A DNA stretch of 54,892 nucleotides, counting the filler, from Catajapyx aquilonaris (Eukaryota): assembly GCA_000934665.2 (NCBI GenBank). It is 2 parts of 2 records of this genome, joined end to end, with 100 filler letters (N's around TTAATTAATTAA, not from the genome) between each part and the next. Parts side by side here need not be neighbours in the genome. Positions count along the whole stretch, not along the records: positions 1 to 27,457 come from JYFJ02005071.1; positions 27,558 to 54,892 come from JYFJ02005072.1. One strand, given 5' to 3'. The notes beneath the pieces are model-generated. The model was not told where the DNA came from and ran no database searches. It saw nothing but the letters and a program-made list of their open reading frames with translations. The position numbers and the translations under genes were made by a program. Below, piece by piece: positions 27,044-38,335 of this stretch (the first letter of the stretch is position 1; every line of letters starts with the position of its first letter).

Positions 27044-27457
27044 CTGCAAAATGTTAAGGACACCAATCAACAGAATGGTCCAAAAAGGTCATGTGTGACT
27101 TCAACAGGTCACAGGATCACCAGCCCCATTTAACATATCACCAATCTCTATCATAAATCACTAAAAAGTCTGCCTGGAAGTTCATGTTCAGTCATGTCGT
27201 GCCGCTATAGAGTTTCGGGAGGAAGCAGCGTGCGCCATCTACTGATTTTATCAACAGAGCTCCACTGTTGCCAAAGTTACTACGCAGGGTACAGTGCTGG
27301 ACATAATAGCCGTCGCTGAATGTTTTTTTTCCGGCAGCGGCGGCGGCGGGGTTACCTGGCAACCCCGTCCGGCGGACCAATTCAAACATCAGCCCATGGA
27401 GAGCGCTTCCATTGTTGCCACTGTTTACAAATCGAGTGAGTGAGTGCGCAGGCAGAA

Positions 27458-27557
27458 NNNNNNNNNNNNNNNNNNNNNNNNNNNNNNNNNNNNNNNNNNN
27501 NTTAATTAATTAANNNNNNNNNNNNNNNNNNNNNNNNNNNNNNNNNNNNNNNNNNNN
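27458..27557. other. Artificial assembly spacer (44 N + TTAATTAATTAA + 44 N)
   Basis: Exactly 100 bp and symmetric. The 12-mer places stop codons in all six frames. Confidence 0.95.
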
Positions 27558-27761
27558 GGGAGGTAAGAAATTGTCCGCTTCTGTCCGCAAAGGGGAGGTA
27601 AAAAAGTGACAAAATCTGTCCGCGCGGATTATGGACGGCCCCATACCCCGGCAAGGCCGGGTAACCTGCTAGTGTCATATAATAGTGCTTGACATGCATT
27701 TCGTCAAACATATCAGTGAGACTTTTATGAACTATTAATGCTCTTCACATTATAGAAAATA

Positions 27762-28826
27762 CGAGCGTGAATCAGAAAGTAATTGAACACTTTTATTAAT
27801 TCGGAAGTTTTGCTAGAGACACTGAAATTGAGATATACAGTAAAACTTCTATAAGTCGAACTTCTCTACAAGTCGAAGAAAATGATGAGCTTGGTTGGTC
27901 CCAATGTAAAATAATAGGAAATAAACTTCCCTAACTTGAATTTCTATAACTCGAAGTGCTGGCAGGGCCTTACGATGGGATATCAATGCATTTTAAGTCT
28001 CCCTAAGACGAAGTTCATGTTGGCGAGTACGGAAAATTTTCTCATTTCCCAGACGAAGGGTCGAGAGGAGGCCACATGTACAGAAAGGCTCAATTTCCTT
28101 ATCTCCGTCTACCAGACATAACCAAAGAAGTGTTTGAATCGATTGTGAAAACTGAATCCTTGAATTTAAGAGTAGCCAAATGTCCATAACTGAGATTTTT
28201 TTTACAACAAAACAATGAGAAACACTGTAAGTGTGATAGAGACTGTTATTTTAAATTTTTGAACACCTTTCGTCGCTAGATATAAAGGTAGGCTTCCTTG
28301 TAGAGTTCTGTGCTTTAAAAAAGCCAAACTTCTCTAACTCGAATCTTCTATAACTGGAAGTTTTTTTCCGGTCCCATGGAGATTCGACTTATAGAAGTTT
28401 TACTGTACATATGAAAGGGCAAGTCTTTCTCTAATTTTAGACATAGTCACCATACACTTTGGTGCATTTGTCCCAGCAGGACATTAGTTTTTCCATACCC
28501 CTGCAGAAAAAAGCGTCAGAATGGGTGGGAAGCCAGGGGCGGATGGCCTTTTTCACTTGAACCTCGATGTCGCTGAAGTTCTGCCCTGCCAGGTGCTTCT
28601 TCATTGGTCCAAAGAGATGTTAGACCATGGTTAAAACCATCTCTTTGGACGAAAAAAGAAGCACTAGCTTCTCAAGACCTCAGCGACATCGAGGAAGTGA
28701 AAGAGGCCATGCCCCACTGGTTTCCCATCCAGTCTGAAGCGTTTTTCTGCAGGGGTATGGAAATGCTAGTGTCCCGCTGGGTGACTATGTCTAAAATTAG
28801 AGAAAGACTTGCCCTTTCATATGTAT
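27762..28826. mobile_element. Mariner-derived foldback: two transposase 3' ends in inverted orientation
   Basis: Starts TA|CGAGCGTGAATCAGAAAGT. The minus strand at ~28619-28437 translates to HLFGPMKKHLAGQNFSDIEVQVKKAIRPWLPTHSDAFFCRGMEKLMSCWDKCTKVYGDYV*, a mariner transposase C-terminus. A diverged inverted copy lies at ~28637-28826. Confidence 0.85.
27838..28405. mobile_element. Tc1/mariner-superfamily (pogo/Tigger-like) MITE inserted in the mariner foldback
   Basis: Perfect 23-bp TIR CAGTAAAACTTCTATAAGTCGAA ... TTCGACTTATAGAAGTTTTACTG, with TA on both sides and internal repeats of 'ctataactcgaa'. Confidence 0.9.
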
Positions 28827-28968
28827 AAATTGTAAATACAATTGACTCCGGATTCCCCTACTAGTCACTCATAAAACAGGGTGATCCAAAATACTTGTCA
28901 GACTGATATGGACATTTGCTGGTACTAAGCTACTTATTTTTAGCAATTATGCTTGCAGTTACTTTTAA

Positions 28969-29990
28969 CCCCTTCGCTATCGGATAGGCCCGAACCACAC
29001 AGATTTTGGCTTAAGCGTACTCCGAAGATATGGACAAGATATTTTACAAATAATCACAGCTATACTTACCACGTTCAGGGAAAACACTATGAATGTATCT
29101 GGAACCATTTTACTTGTCTAGAAGTCCCTAAATTAATTTCCGAAAAAGGCTATAAAACTGGACATCCGAGTACTGCCGACCAACTGTTAGGCTGATTTAA
29201 TTATGAAATTCGAGGAAATATGCGGAATAACAACCTTGAGAACCATGCCAGACGAATTTTTGAAACTGGTCGTACTTTGCGAGAAATAAATTAATACTTA
29301 TTTGTTGCTTTCTGGCACTTCAGAAAATAGCAAATAAATTTGGGAGCTTTCCGAAGTGCAGAAAGCCGCAAATAACTATTAAATTTCAGTGGCATGGTGG
29401 TCTAGCGGTTACGCCGCTGGCCAGCCAAGCGGGAGTCCGGGGTTCAAATCCCATCCCCGTCACCTCTGCTTGGCCGGGTCTTTTTCTGCTTTTCACCCGA
29501 CATGCCGGGGCAGAATTGCACTCCATACTCTGCCCGGGGCCAGCAGAAAAGGTCTGGTGTATTTCACAAATTCAGAAATGACTAAAAATTACAGCGCCCT
29601 CCCTTGGGAACCTCCCCTTCCCCCCTAAGAGAGCCACGAGCTCTATCACAGGGTAAAAAAAAACAAAACAAAACAAACAAAACAATTAAATTTCTCACAA
29701 ATTCGTCTGGCATGGTTCTCAAGGTTGTCATTCCACATATTTTCACTCATATCATAATTAAATCAGCCTAACAGTTGGTTGGCAGTACTCGGATTTCCAG
29801 TTTTATAGCCTCTTTTTGGAAATTAATTTAGGGACTTCTAGACCAGTAAAATTGTTCCAGACACATTCATAGTGTTTTCCCTGAACATGGTAAGTATAGC
29901 TGTTATTATTTGTAAAATATCTTGTCCGTATCTTCGCAGTATGCTTAAGCCAAAATCTACGTGGTTCAAGCCTATCTGGTAACGAAGGGG
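28969..29990. mobile_element. piggyBac-type MITE with ~290-bp inverted arms
   Basis: TTAA|CCCCTTCG ... CGAAGGGG|TTAA. The arms at 28969-~29260 and ~29695-29990 are diverged reverse complements. Confidence 0.88.
29388..29684 (+). mobile_element. tRNA-derived SINE nested in the piggyBac-type MITE
   Basis: A-box TGGTCTAGCGG (29398), B-box GGTTCAAATCC (29441) and an A-rich (AAAAC)n tail. The 10-bp TSD ATTAAATTTC lies at 29378-29387 and 29685-29694. Confidence 0.88.
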
Positions 29991-30547
29991 TTAATGGGTA
30001 TCAAAAGTATTAACTACTAATATTAGGTTACATGTACCTATCCTTTTTAAAGCCTGCAAGGGGGTCTGGCCTACCCAGAGTGTGTTCTGTCATTGATGTG
30101 AGATGTCAATTGTTCCAACGGGTCACTCCTAATCAGAAATACTTTTGCAATTCAGAGCTTAAACTTAGGATGATTCAATTTAGCATGACATTAGCAGCTA
30201 CAATGCTGATGCCCCGAGCAAAAACCCTGTATGTGTGGTTTTTGTCATTTCGAGATAATCACATTTGAAGTTTGCATGCCTGACTTACATACATACATAT
30301 AAATTCATGGTTTTACTATGTCCCTAACTTTGCAACAGAGGCTTATAGAGAAACGAGGTTTCTACCATAACTTGGGAAGCATAAAGGGGAGTGCAGTGGT
30401 ATGCTTAGCTGAACAGACATATGGTTTTTGCACATACAGGGTTTTTGCTTGGAGCGTCAGAGCGGTGCCTCGTACTTCCAACTTAATTCGTTCCAGAAGG
30501 CTGTTCGAACTCTGAATCGTTGGAAGTCCCAATCAATTTTTCCTATC

Positions 30548-33500
30548 AGAAAACCACGATCGAAAATGATAGCTCCTCAACTAAACCGATTAAGCACGTT
30601 AAAAACATGTCTCCCCACGTCTTCGGGGTCGCTGATTTCGAATTTTAGGTTATTTTGAACATATATCTACAGGGTGCACCAAAACAAAGACCATGACATT
30701 AAATAACTTCTATTATAAACTTCATAAACAAGTGAAACAAATATTTTCCTGTGTTCGCGGAAGCTTAGTTTGATTTTTAGCCAATGTTGAACTCAGACCT
30801 ACAGGGTGTACCAAAAACACCATCTAATTTAAGGGTTCGTAGGGTAAAGGGTATAAGTACTTATTAAAATTGTACTTAATTAAAAGGGTTGTAAGAATAA
30901 TAAAATCAGTACTTTAGTTAACAATATGTATTTTATTTTTATGAAGTAAATTCTTTTTGATAACCTTATTTTCATCAATTGGTATGATAAAACTTCTCCT
31001 GCAAAAGCAGCTAAACAAGGCTAAATCATGAAATTGCTGTTATGATGATCTCCAGGGTGTACTATAACTAGAAAATCCTAGTCCAGCTGCAAATATCTGC
31101 AACACGCAATTCTGGAAACGAAAATACCTGAGAGGTGCATGCAAGGATTGTTCAAAATGTCTCGCTTGACTTTTTTTTTTACACACAAATACACCAACAA
31201 CACAAAATAAGATATAAGCATGAAGCCCACATTCATACTCTATTTATCCATATAACTACTTTGCACATGAACACATTTTCCCCAAGGTGGCAAAGGTTTT
31301 TAAAATTCCCTCCTTGACTAATTTGCTTTGCTGACTGTTGAACCTATCAACCATGGCTTAGCATTCTCCAACATGTCAGCTTTTTGACACCATGCTACAG
31401 TACCTAAAATTGCATAGTATGCCAACCGCAGCTTTCCTTGAGCCCCAAAAAAGTGGAAAATCCGTCAGGCGGCACTGCGATCGACAGGATTGCTACTCCT
31501 GCCATTACGCCTTATGGAGAAGCGCGGTTCTCCACGCCTATTTCTCGATCTATGTCGGGTCCTCGGATATCAGCTTAGTATATTTTATGGTGGAAATGTG
31601 ATACACTGTGTATTCTATTTTTCCGACTGAAAAAGGTGCACTCTAGTAGCCCTATGGGTGGGGAATATATTGGGAAAGTAGTAATCGCCACGATATGGCG
31701 CTCCATATCCCTTTAAAAATATCTCGTGAGACCAAATTTTATCAAAATATTATCCTTTATCTTTGACTGGACGACTGACAATGACAATGGAAATTTGATA
31801 TCTTGTACATTATTAGGCTGTGTCTTTGGATGGGGGCGGCATTGCATAATTTGTGATATATATTGATTGAACCTCAATATAGCCCGTGATATAGCCTAAT
31901 ATTATGTCACATAACATGGTCATGTCTTGCACATTTATATCATGCAAACATAATTATTACAACTACGTGTAAGTTAGCCTAAATGAACACAAGTTAATAG
32001 TGAACCTCAACATATTATACATACTTACATCACACAACATGCTCACTCCTGTACACAGTGATCGGCACTAAAAACTTGAATGTAATTAAATACTAAATAC
32101 TAAATACTGAATACATCAAAGGTATTTACATACTTTTGTAAATACATTTCAAGTATATTGACAAAGTACATTTGTTAATGTGCAACTAATTTTTTACCAT
32201 CATTCTTTGGATAAAATAAGAAAACATAACAGATTTCTACTTTTATATCCATTCTATTAATTAGCTATATGTTTTCAAGACACCTACCGATCTCGGCCAG
32301 TCAAGGTGAGACGATGACCTAGATTAAAGGAAAGGGGCTGAAAGAGCTCTAAATGAGTAATGAAAAATATATAAAACCGTGTAGATATATTTTGTGACGC
32401 AAGTCATCCAGAAAGCCCCATTTATAGTTTCTCTCACACACGCCTGGTAGATGATGGACCCGTACCGAACTGTTAGTTAAGGTTTAAAGTCTACCTCAAA
32501 AAATAATTATAATTATCCGATAACAATAAACCGCAATTGTAGGCATAAAACTGCCCGCGTCCATGCAGCCCGCCATAAGCGGCAGGCAGGGGAGTAGCAA
32601 TCCTGTCGATCGCAGTGCCACCTGGCGGATTTTCAACTTTTTTGTGGGGCGAGCTTTCCATTGGAGGCATAGGCCGGTTGGCATACTAGGTCTTGTAGGT
32701 ACTATAACCATGCCATGTTTATCCCCACACCTAAACTGTTATATATCAGCAGGTAGGAAGTGCAATTTAATGGTAAGCAGCAGACATATCACGACTTGAG
32801 GTTGTTATTCATGTCAAGAGACATTAACAACCTCAAGTCATCAGGTCATTATATTGGATGGCTACTCGCTGGCTGTTCTCGTCATCACCAAATTCATCAC
32901 ATCTTATAGTGCATTGTGTATTGTACTTTGACTTTGTAAATAAAATCTGGGTGGGCTGTTGGGCCTCATTGGTCAGGTCCGTCCTTATTGCTTAGTCTAT
33001 TTATCCTACGATCTTAAATTCGAATGTGTTTTTGGTACACCCTGTAGGTCTACGATCAATTTTGCCTAAAAATTAGAATCGGAATCTGGGAACACACAGG
33101 AAAATTTTACTGTCACCTACTTATAATGTTTATTCTATAAGTTCTTAAATACGAAGGTTTTTGGTACACCTTGTATGTCCAGTTTCTAAATAACCCAAAA
33201 ATCTGAATCTGTGACCCAGAAAATGCAAGGAAATGTTATTTTTACATACAAAATATAGTGTCTATTCTACAAGTTCTTAAATTCGATCGTATGTTTTTGG
33301 TACACACTGTAGGTCTGTGTTCAAAATAACCTGAAATTCGAAATCAACGACCCTGAAAACATTAGAAGACACATTTTTACGTACTTAAACAATTGAATGC
33401 CACAATGCAATAAGGGCCCATCTATCAATTTTTACGGAAATGCTTTCATGGCATATTGTACTTCCTCTGGTGGATGTCCATCCGTATAAAATGCAAGAAG

Positions 33501-34200
33501 AGCCGAAATGTCACACTTAATGCCTAAAAAGGGCAGACGGACCAAAACGCGATTGTCATTTTTGAAAAGCGCGATTTTAATGCACTACAAGTGTCGTGTG
33601 ATTTGAAAATAGCAGTGAATTTTAAGCGTGACGTGAATTTTGTTTAAGTGCTACTTCTCTAGGAGATGCGTTACTTTACCAGTAGAACGTTCCCCTCTGA
33701 GGCAACAGTACCAAACCTAGTGGGAAATAGAGTAGACTTGTGGGTCTATATGTCACCAAAAAATCTTTGACCTGCGCCCTCTGGAAGTGGTCAGAAATGG
33801 CCGCTACTTATAAGGTGGCATGGGAGGCCAAAAAACATTAAATTAATTAAATAGAATGTGTAATTACTCTGAGGCATATACTCTGCCTCCTGTATATCAT
33901 AATCTTCATTAATATTTTATCCTGAGCCCTACGATACAATGCAATAAGGGCCCAATTGTGAGCATTTAAAGTATTTAAATAAAATATAAATTACATGGAC
34001 ATTTCAATGAAAGTGCTGTCAGGTATTCATGTCGTACATATCTGTCATTAGGTTTACAGCACAATTGCCTACCATGAACAGAAACAAAAATAAAGTTTTT
34101 TTTCGCTTCCTGGACATTTTCAATTTTCAAAATTGGGCCCTTATTGCATTGCGGTCTTCAATTTAGTTGAGGAGCTATCATTTTCGATCCTGTTTTTCAT
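30548..34200. mobile_element. Old ~3.6-kb element bounded by long diverged inverted repeats
   Basis: 30554-30690 is the reverse complement of 33290-33394 joined to 34164-34195. TACAGGGTG(T/C)ACCAAAA motifs recur at 30668 and 30800, and inverted near 33030, 33160 and 33293. Exact termini are unclear. Confidence 0.65.
33395..34159. mobile_element. Non-autonomous DNA transposon with AATT target duplication (Sola-like by TSD), inserted in the previous element
   Basis: TIRs GAATGCCACAATGCAATAAGGGCCCA ... TGGGCCCTTATTGCATTGCGGTCTTC, flanked by AATT at 33391-33394 and 34160-34163. Removing the element restores the host inverted arm. Confidence 0.75.
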
Positions 34201-36086
34201 GACATCAAACAGTGTGACCGGCCTCTGATTGGCGCTGACCGCCTATTGTTGCTGCCACTGCTTCCCATTGGCCCGCGTTCTACGCATGCGCAATGGGTGG
34301 AAGAAAGCCTCATTCGTTTGCTGGACGTCAGCAAGGACACATCACCTCTCCCTTAAACACCTCACCCTTCCACACTCCTCCATCCATTCACCCCGACCCA
34401 TATCCACCCGCGTTGTGTTCTAAATCTAAATAAATCACAATAAATCTATGGTGCAGTGTGTATTGACGTTTGTTGGGAAAACACTGAAAAATACAAGCAA
34501 TTCGATAACAAATTTGCGTAATTGTGCTGACAGAAAGAGGTGTAATGTGACTCCTAGAGCCTAAACCTGCAGAAAGAGCCCTGGAACCCAAGGAGGGCCG
34601 AACTCCCACCCAACGTGGAGCCAGTATTAAGGCAATTGTGAGGATAAGAGTGGCTGGTGCTCACACTGCCGTTGTCACCGATTTCTCATCAGGCAGAATT
34701 CCAGACAAGCAGAGGAATTCCCCGAGTTTTCCAGAACAATCAAATTCTCCGATATTTCTGTGATTTCAAGGTTTTCCAGGTTGCGAGACACCCTGTCTTG
34801 TCTGCCAATTTAATGTAAGGTCCACATTGAATGTCATCCACTCCTAATCAAGGCCAGAGTATAGTTTAGCCGCTTCGCCCTGTCCACACAGAATGTAGGA
34901 CTGGGTCACTCCTGACGATACTGAACTATAACGTTTTGCCCACTAGCGCCGCCCTACCGGTTAGTGCCTGAGCCAGCCCCATTGCAAGAATAGGCCTACT
35001 GTATCAGCATGCATCAGGGGCTGACAGTGTCATCATAACTGGCGCACGATAAGCTGGCTCAGACTCCTCAATCGCTGCACCATTTGAATTCATGGTCGCC
35101 CTCCCGGCAGAGGGCCAGGCAAAATGAGCAATCCCCGCCCGCGCCAGCCACATCTAAAAGATTTGCAAGGGCCTGCTATTATGTCCAGCCATGTACTATT
35201 CCCTAGTTTTGCACTCTGGTAATCTAGGCTTTGGCCAATGGGGCTCCCTCATCATTACTCAGTAACAATAATGACTACTTTACAATTACAATATACTTTA
35301 CAGATGCTTCAGCTGCTGTGTCATAGTTACGGCTACAGAAACTTTACACGCTTTATAGATTTACTTAACAGATTACTTTACAATTACAATTACGGCTAGC
35401 TTTCTCACTTGTCCTTGGTGAGATTCCCCAGTCTTTGAATTTGTTCCTTGACGTCTCGTAACTTCACTTCTAAGTCCATGATGTCTCTTCCCCACCTCAA
35501 GGGCTCTCAACCTTAGCCGATATTCCCAGCAACTGAAAATCACAAAATATATCAATATATTATTCTATCACTGACGCCAGTAACGTACATACTCCTCACA
35601 CCTTAACCAACCACTATTTTAGGTCACATATGCTACCTGAGCCGGCCAAGCAAACAAGTAGCAAGTACAATCCCTGATCTTTTCCACGGTTCACTGAAGC
35701 TACAGCACCCGGCCCAGTCTTTTACGACACTAGACACAGCACAGAACCTATCACATACCCTCAGGAGAAACAGTGGCTGAGACGCAATGTGAAAATCACA
35801 GAAAAAATTGCGAGAAGCTTCAGAGAGCAGTGATATCATGCCTCGTTCGCTATTCTATGACGCACAGTGTGACATTGCTTCCATATTCTGTATTCAAAGT
35901 TGAAGCGGGAAATTCGAAGCCTGGAATTAGCGATACGGAGTATACGTTACATTAGTATGTATTATGTAAGTTAGTAGGCCTACATACATTAGTAGTAGTA
36001 TTAGTAGTTAGTAGTAGTTAGTAGCTAGAAGTTTTAAGTAGTAGACTACTAGTGTACTAGTAGTAAGTAGCTAAGAAGTTGTTATA

Positions 36087-36586
36087 CAGGGTGATTCTCT
36101 CGAAACCGAACCCAAACATTCCTCAATAACTTTTTAATTATTGTATTGTTCTCATTGAAAACTGACATGTACTTACCTTGTGTGATTTCAAACAAGGCGT
36201 ATAAATGTGAAAATGTGACAATGGTGACATCATAATGGCAGCAAACTTCGGCCGTCTGAGATTAATCCTGCATATATGATGTGCGGCCCTTCAGGCAACC
36301 ACACAAGAAGAAATCAGGTGAAATCAGCAGGTCTGACGGTCAACCGGCTCTCCGAGGTCGGGTAGGTGTACCACGCTGCCTCGCTCTCCTCTGCATATAC
36401 GCCAATGTGCAGACTCGCAGTCAAAAAAATTTCATGTTGGAGAGGACCATTTTCAGCATATTCTCTAGGCAGGCTTTGTTTGGCATCATACAAGGTAAGT
36501 ATATGTCAATTTTCATTGAGAACAATACAATAATCAAAAAGTTATTGAGGCGAATGTTTGGGTTCAGTTTCGATAGAATCACCCTG
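36087..36586 (-). mobile_element. Internally deleted Tc1/mariner element with ~110-bp TIRs and a decayed transposase fragment
   Basis: TA|CAGGGTGATTCTCTCGAAACCGAACCCAAAC is mirrored at ~36478-36586. The minus strand at ~36345-36283 reads G*PSDLLISPDFFLCGCLKGR, resembling the WPPRSPDLxPxDFFLWGYLK motif. Confidence 0.8.
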
Positions 36587-38335
36587 TTAGTACAATAGTG
36601 TGTATGATTAGTATTCCCTACATTCCGAGGATTTGCTTCCATAGTTATCCGAAATTTTTATCAGGAGGAAGAAGAGGAGAATGAATTACACAACAGCTTC
36701 TTGGCACAATGTAATATGGATGAAGGAGGAAATAGATCTTTCCTTTCGCATTCAGCACTGGAGCCATTTGCTTATCAGTGGTTTTGCCTGCTATTGTACT
36801 ACGAATTGATTTCAATCATAAAAAGCGGTTTTTGTACCCAGGCAACACTGCTGCTGGGTTGGCCGCCACATTTGTAATGCGTATAGCGCTTGGGTACCCA
36901 TGTGATAACCATTCCCTTTCCCACGCATTCTCAGTAACTTACACCCAAACAGTATTCATAGTTTTTTAAAGCAATTATTACACGAGTAGCTATATATAGG
37001 CTATTTCACACGAGGTCAACAAGCAAATTAAAAAAAAAAAAACACAAACCACATCATTGGAGTCTATGCCTATATAAGAACATACGGTATAGCTTTTATA
37101 CTTCGGTTGCCGTAATGGGCTACGCCCTTGCACCTGGATACGGCCGATTTGTAAATTTCTCTAAGGTTGCCTTGAGGTTTCGCTCGCAAGACAGTTCATA
37201 TCACCTTCCCATATCAGTTAGTAATGATATTACTGCGCTTCCCACCAAAGTAGGTAAGTAACCAAAACAATACGGTGCAAATATCACAATTTTACATTGC
37301 ACACGCACTTTGCACATCCCCTCCTACTTACCCTTGGAACACACTAAATACTATCTTAGTATACCGGTTCCACCCAAATGGTGGTATTCCACCCCCCTAA
37401 AGGAAATGTAACTCCCAATGGGGTAATGCAAAAAAAAATATCACAATTTTCCTACCGTAAGTACGTATATTCACAATTTCACATATCCTGCAATACCTGC
37501 ATTTTGTTATGGTGCGTCAGAGCATAAAAACTTTAAAAAGTATGGCGATAATAAGATAAACGCTGATATGCGTCTCAAAGGTGAGACCAGATAAGGGACT
37601 TTTCCAACTTGGCCCGATTGCTGCTCTGCTACAGTTCTTCCATCACTCTTTTATTTTTTGTAGAACCAGTCTAACGCACTTGTGTCTGCCACAGAAAGGT
37701 CAACAGTCATAACGGGACACATTGAATTTGACCACTCTTCGGTAAGTCCATATAAGCTAATAGGTGTTATACAGTAATTGTGACATCATTGAACGCATGA
37801 GCTAGACTCGTGATTAGCTGATCTTGAAGCATTTGTTTACATACATTCAACCAAACCTGTTGCCACTCATAAAGCCTTGAAGTCATTTGTACCGCGCATT
37901 TCATAGAGGAGAATGACATATGACTCATATAGGCCTACTCATTCTCCGCACCAAACGCTACGAAAAAAAAAAGCTAATCTGAAAATAACATGTAGACATA
38001 TCGACCTTGTGAAACAGGGTGTGAAAGTGTATTGTTGCAAACGAAGCACTGGGTGTAACAAGCACCCCCTTAGCAAAAGTGCGGTCAATCACACCATGCT
38101 TCCTTAACAGTTTGGACTGCAGCCGAGAAGCGGTTGAGGACACGTGAGGCTTATTTGTGACGTCACTAGCATTGTCCCTACAACATTTATGTTGATGAGA
38201 TGCCGCTTGCTGTCTCCATAATCAAGGCGACCTCGGATTCTTACATTTGACAGAATAAGAATCAGCACCGAGGAGTTGGAGGTCTGGTGAGCTGCGCGTG
38301 TTCGACCTTACGTCGTTCTCGCCAGCCAGAATAGG

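Noticed and set aside
29388..29465. tRNA gene (plus strand)
   Set aside because: Poor cloverleaf, followed by an A-rich tail and TSD. It is a SINE head.
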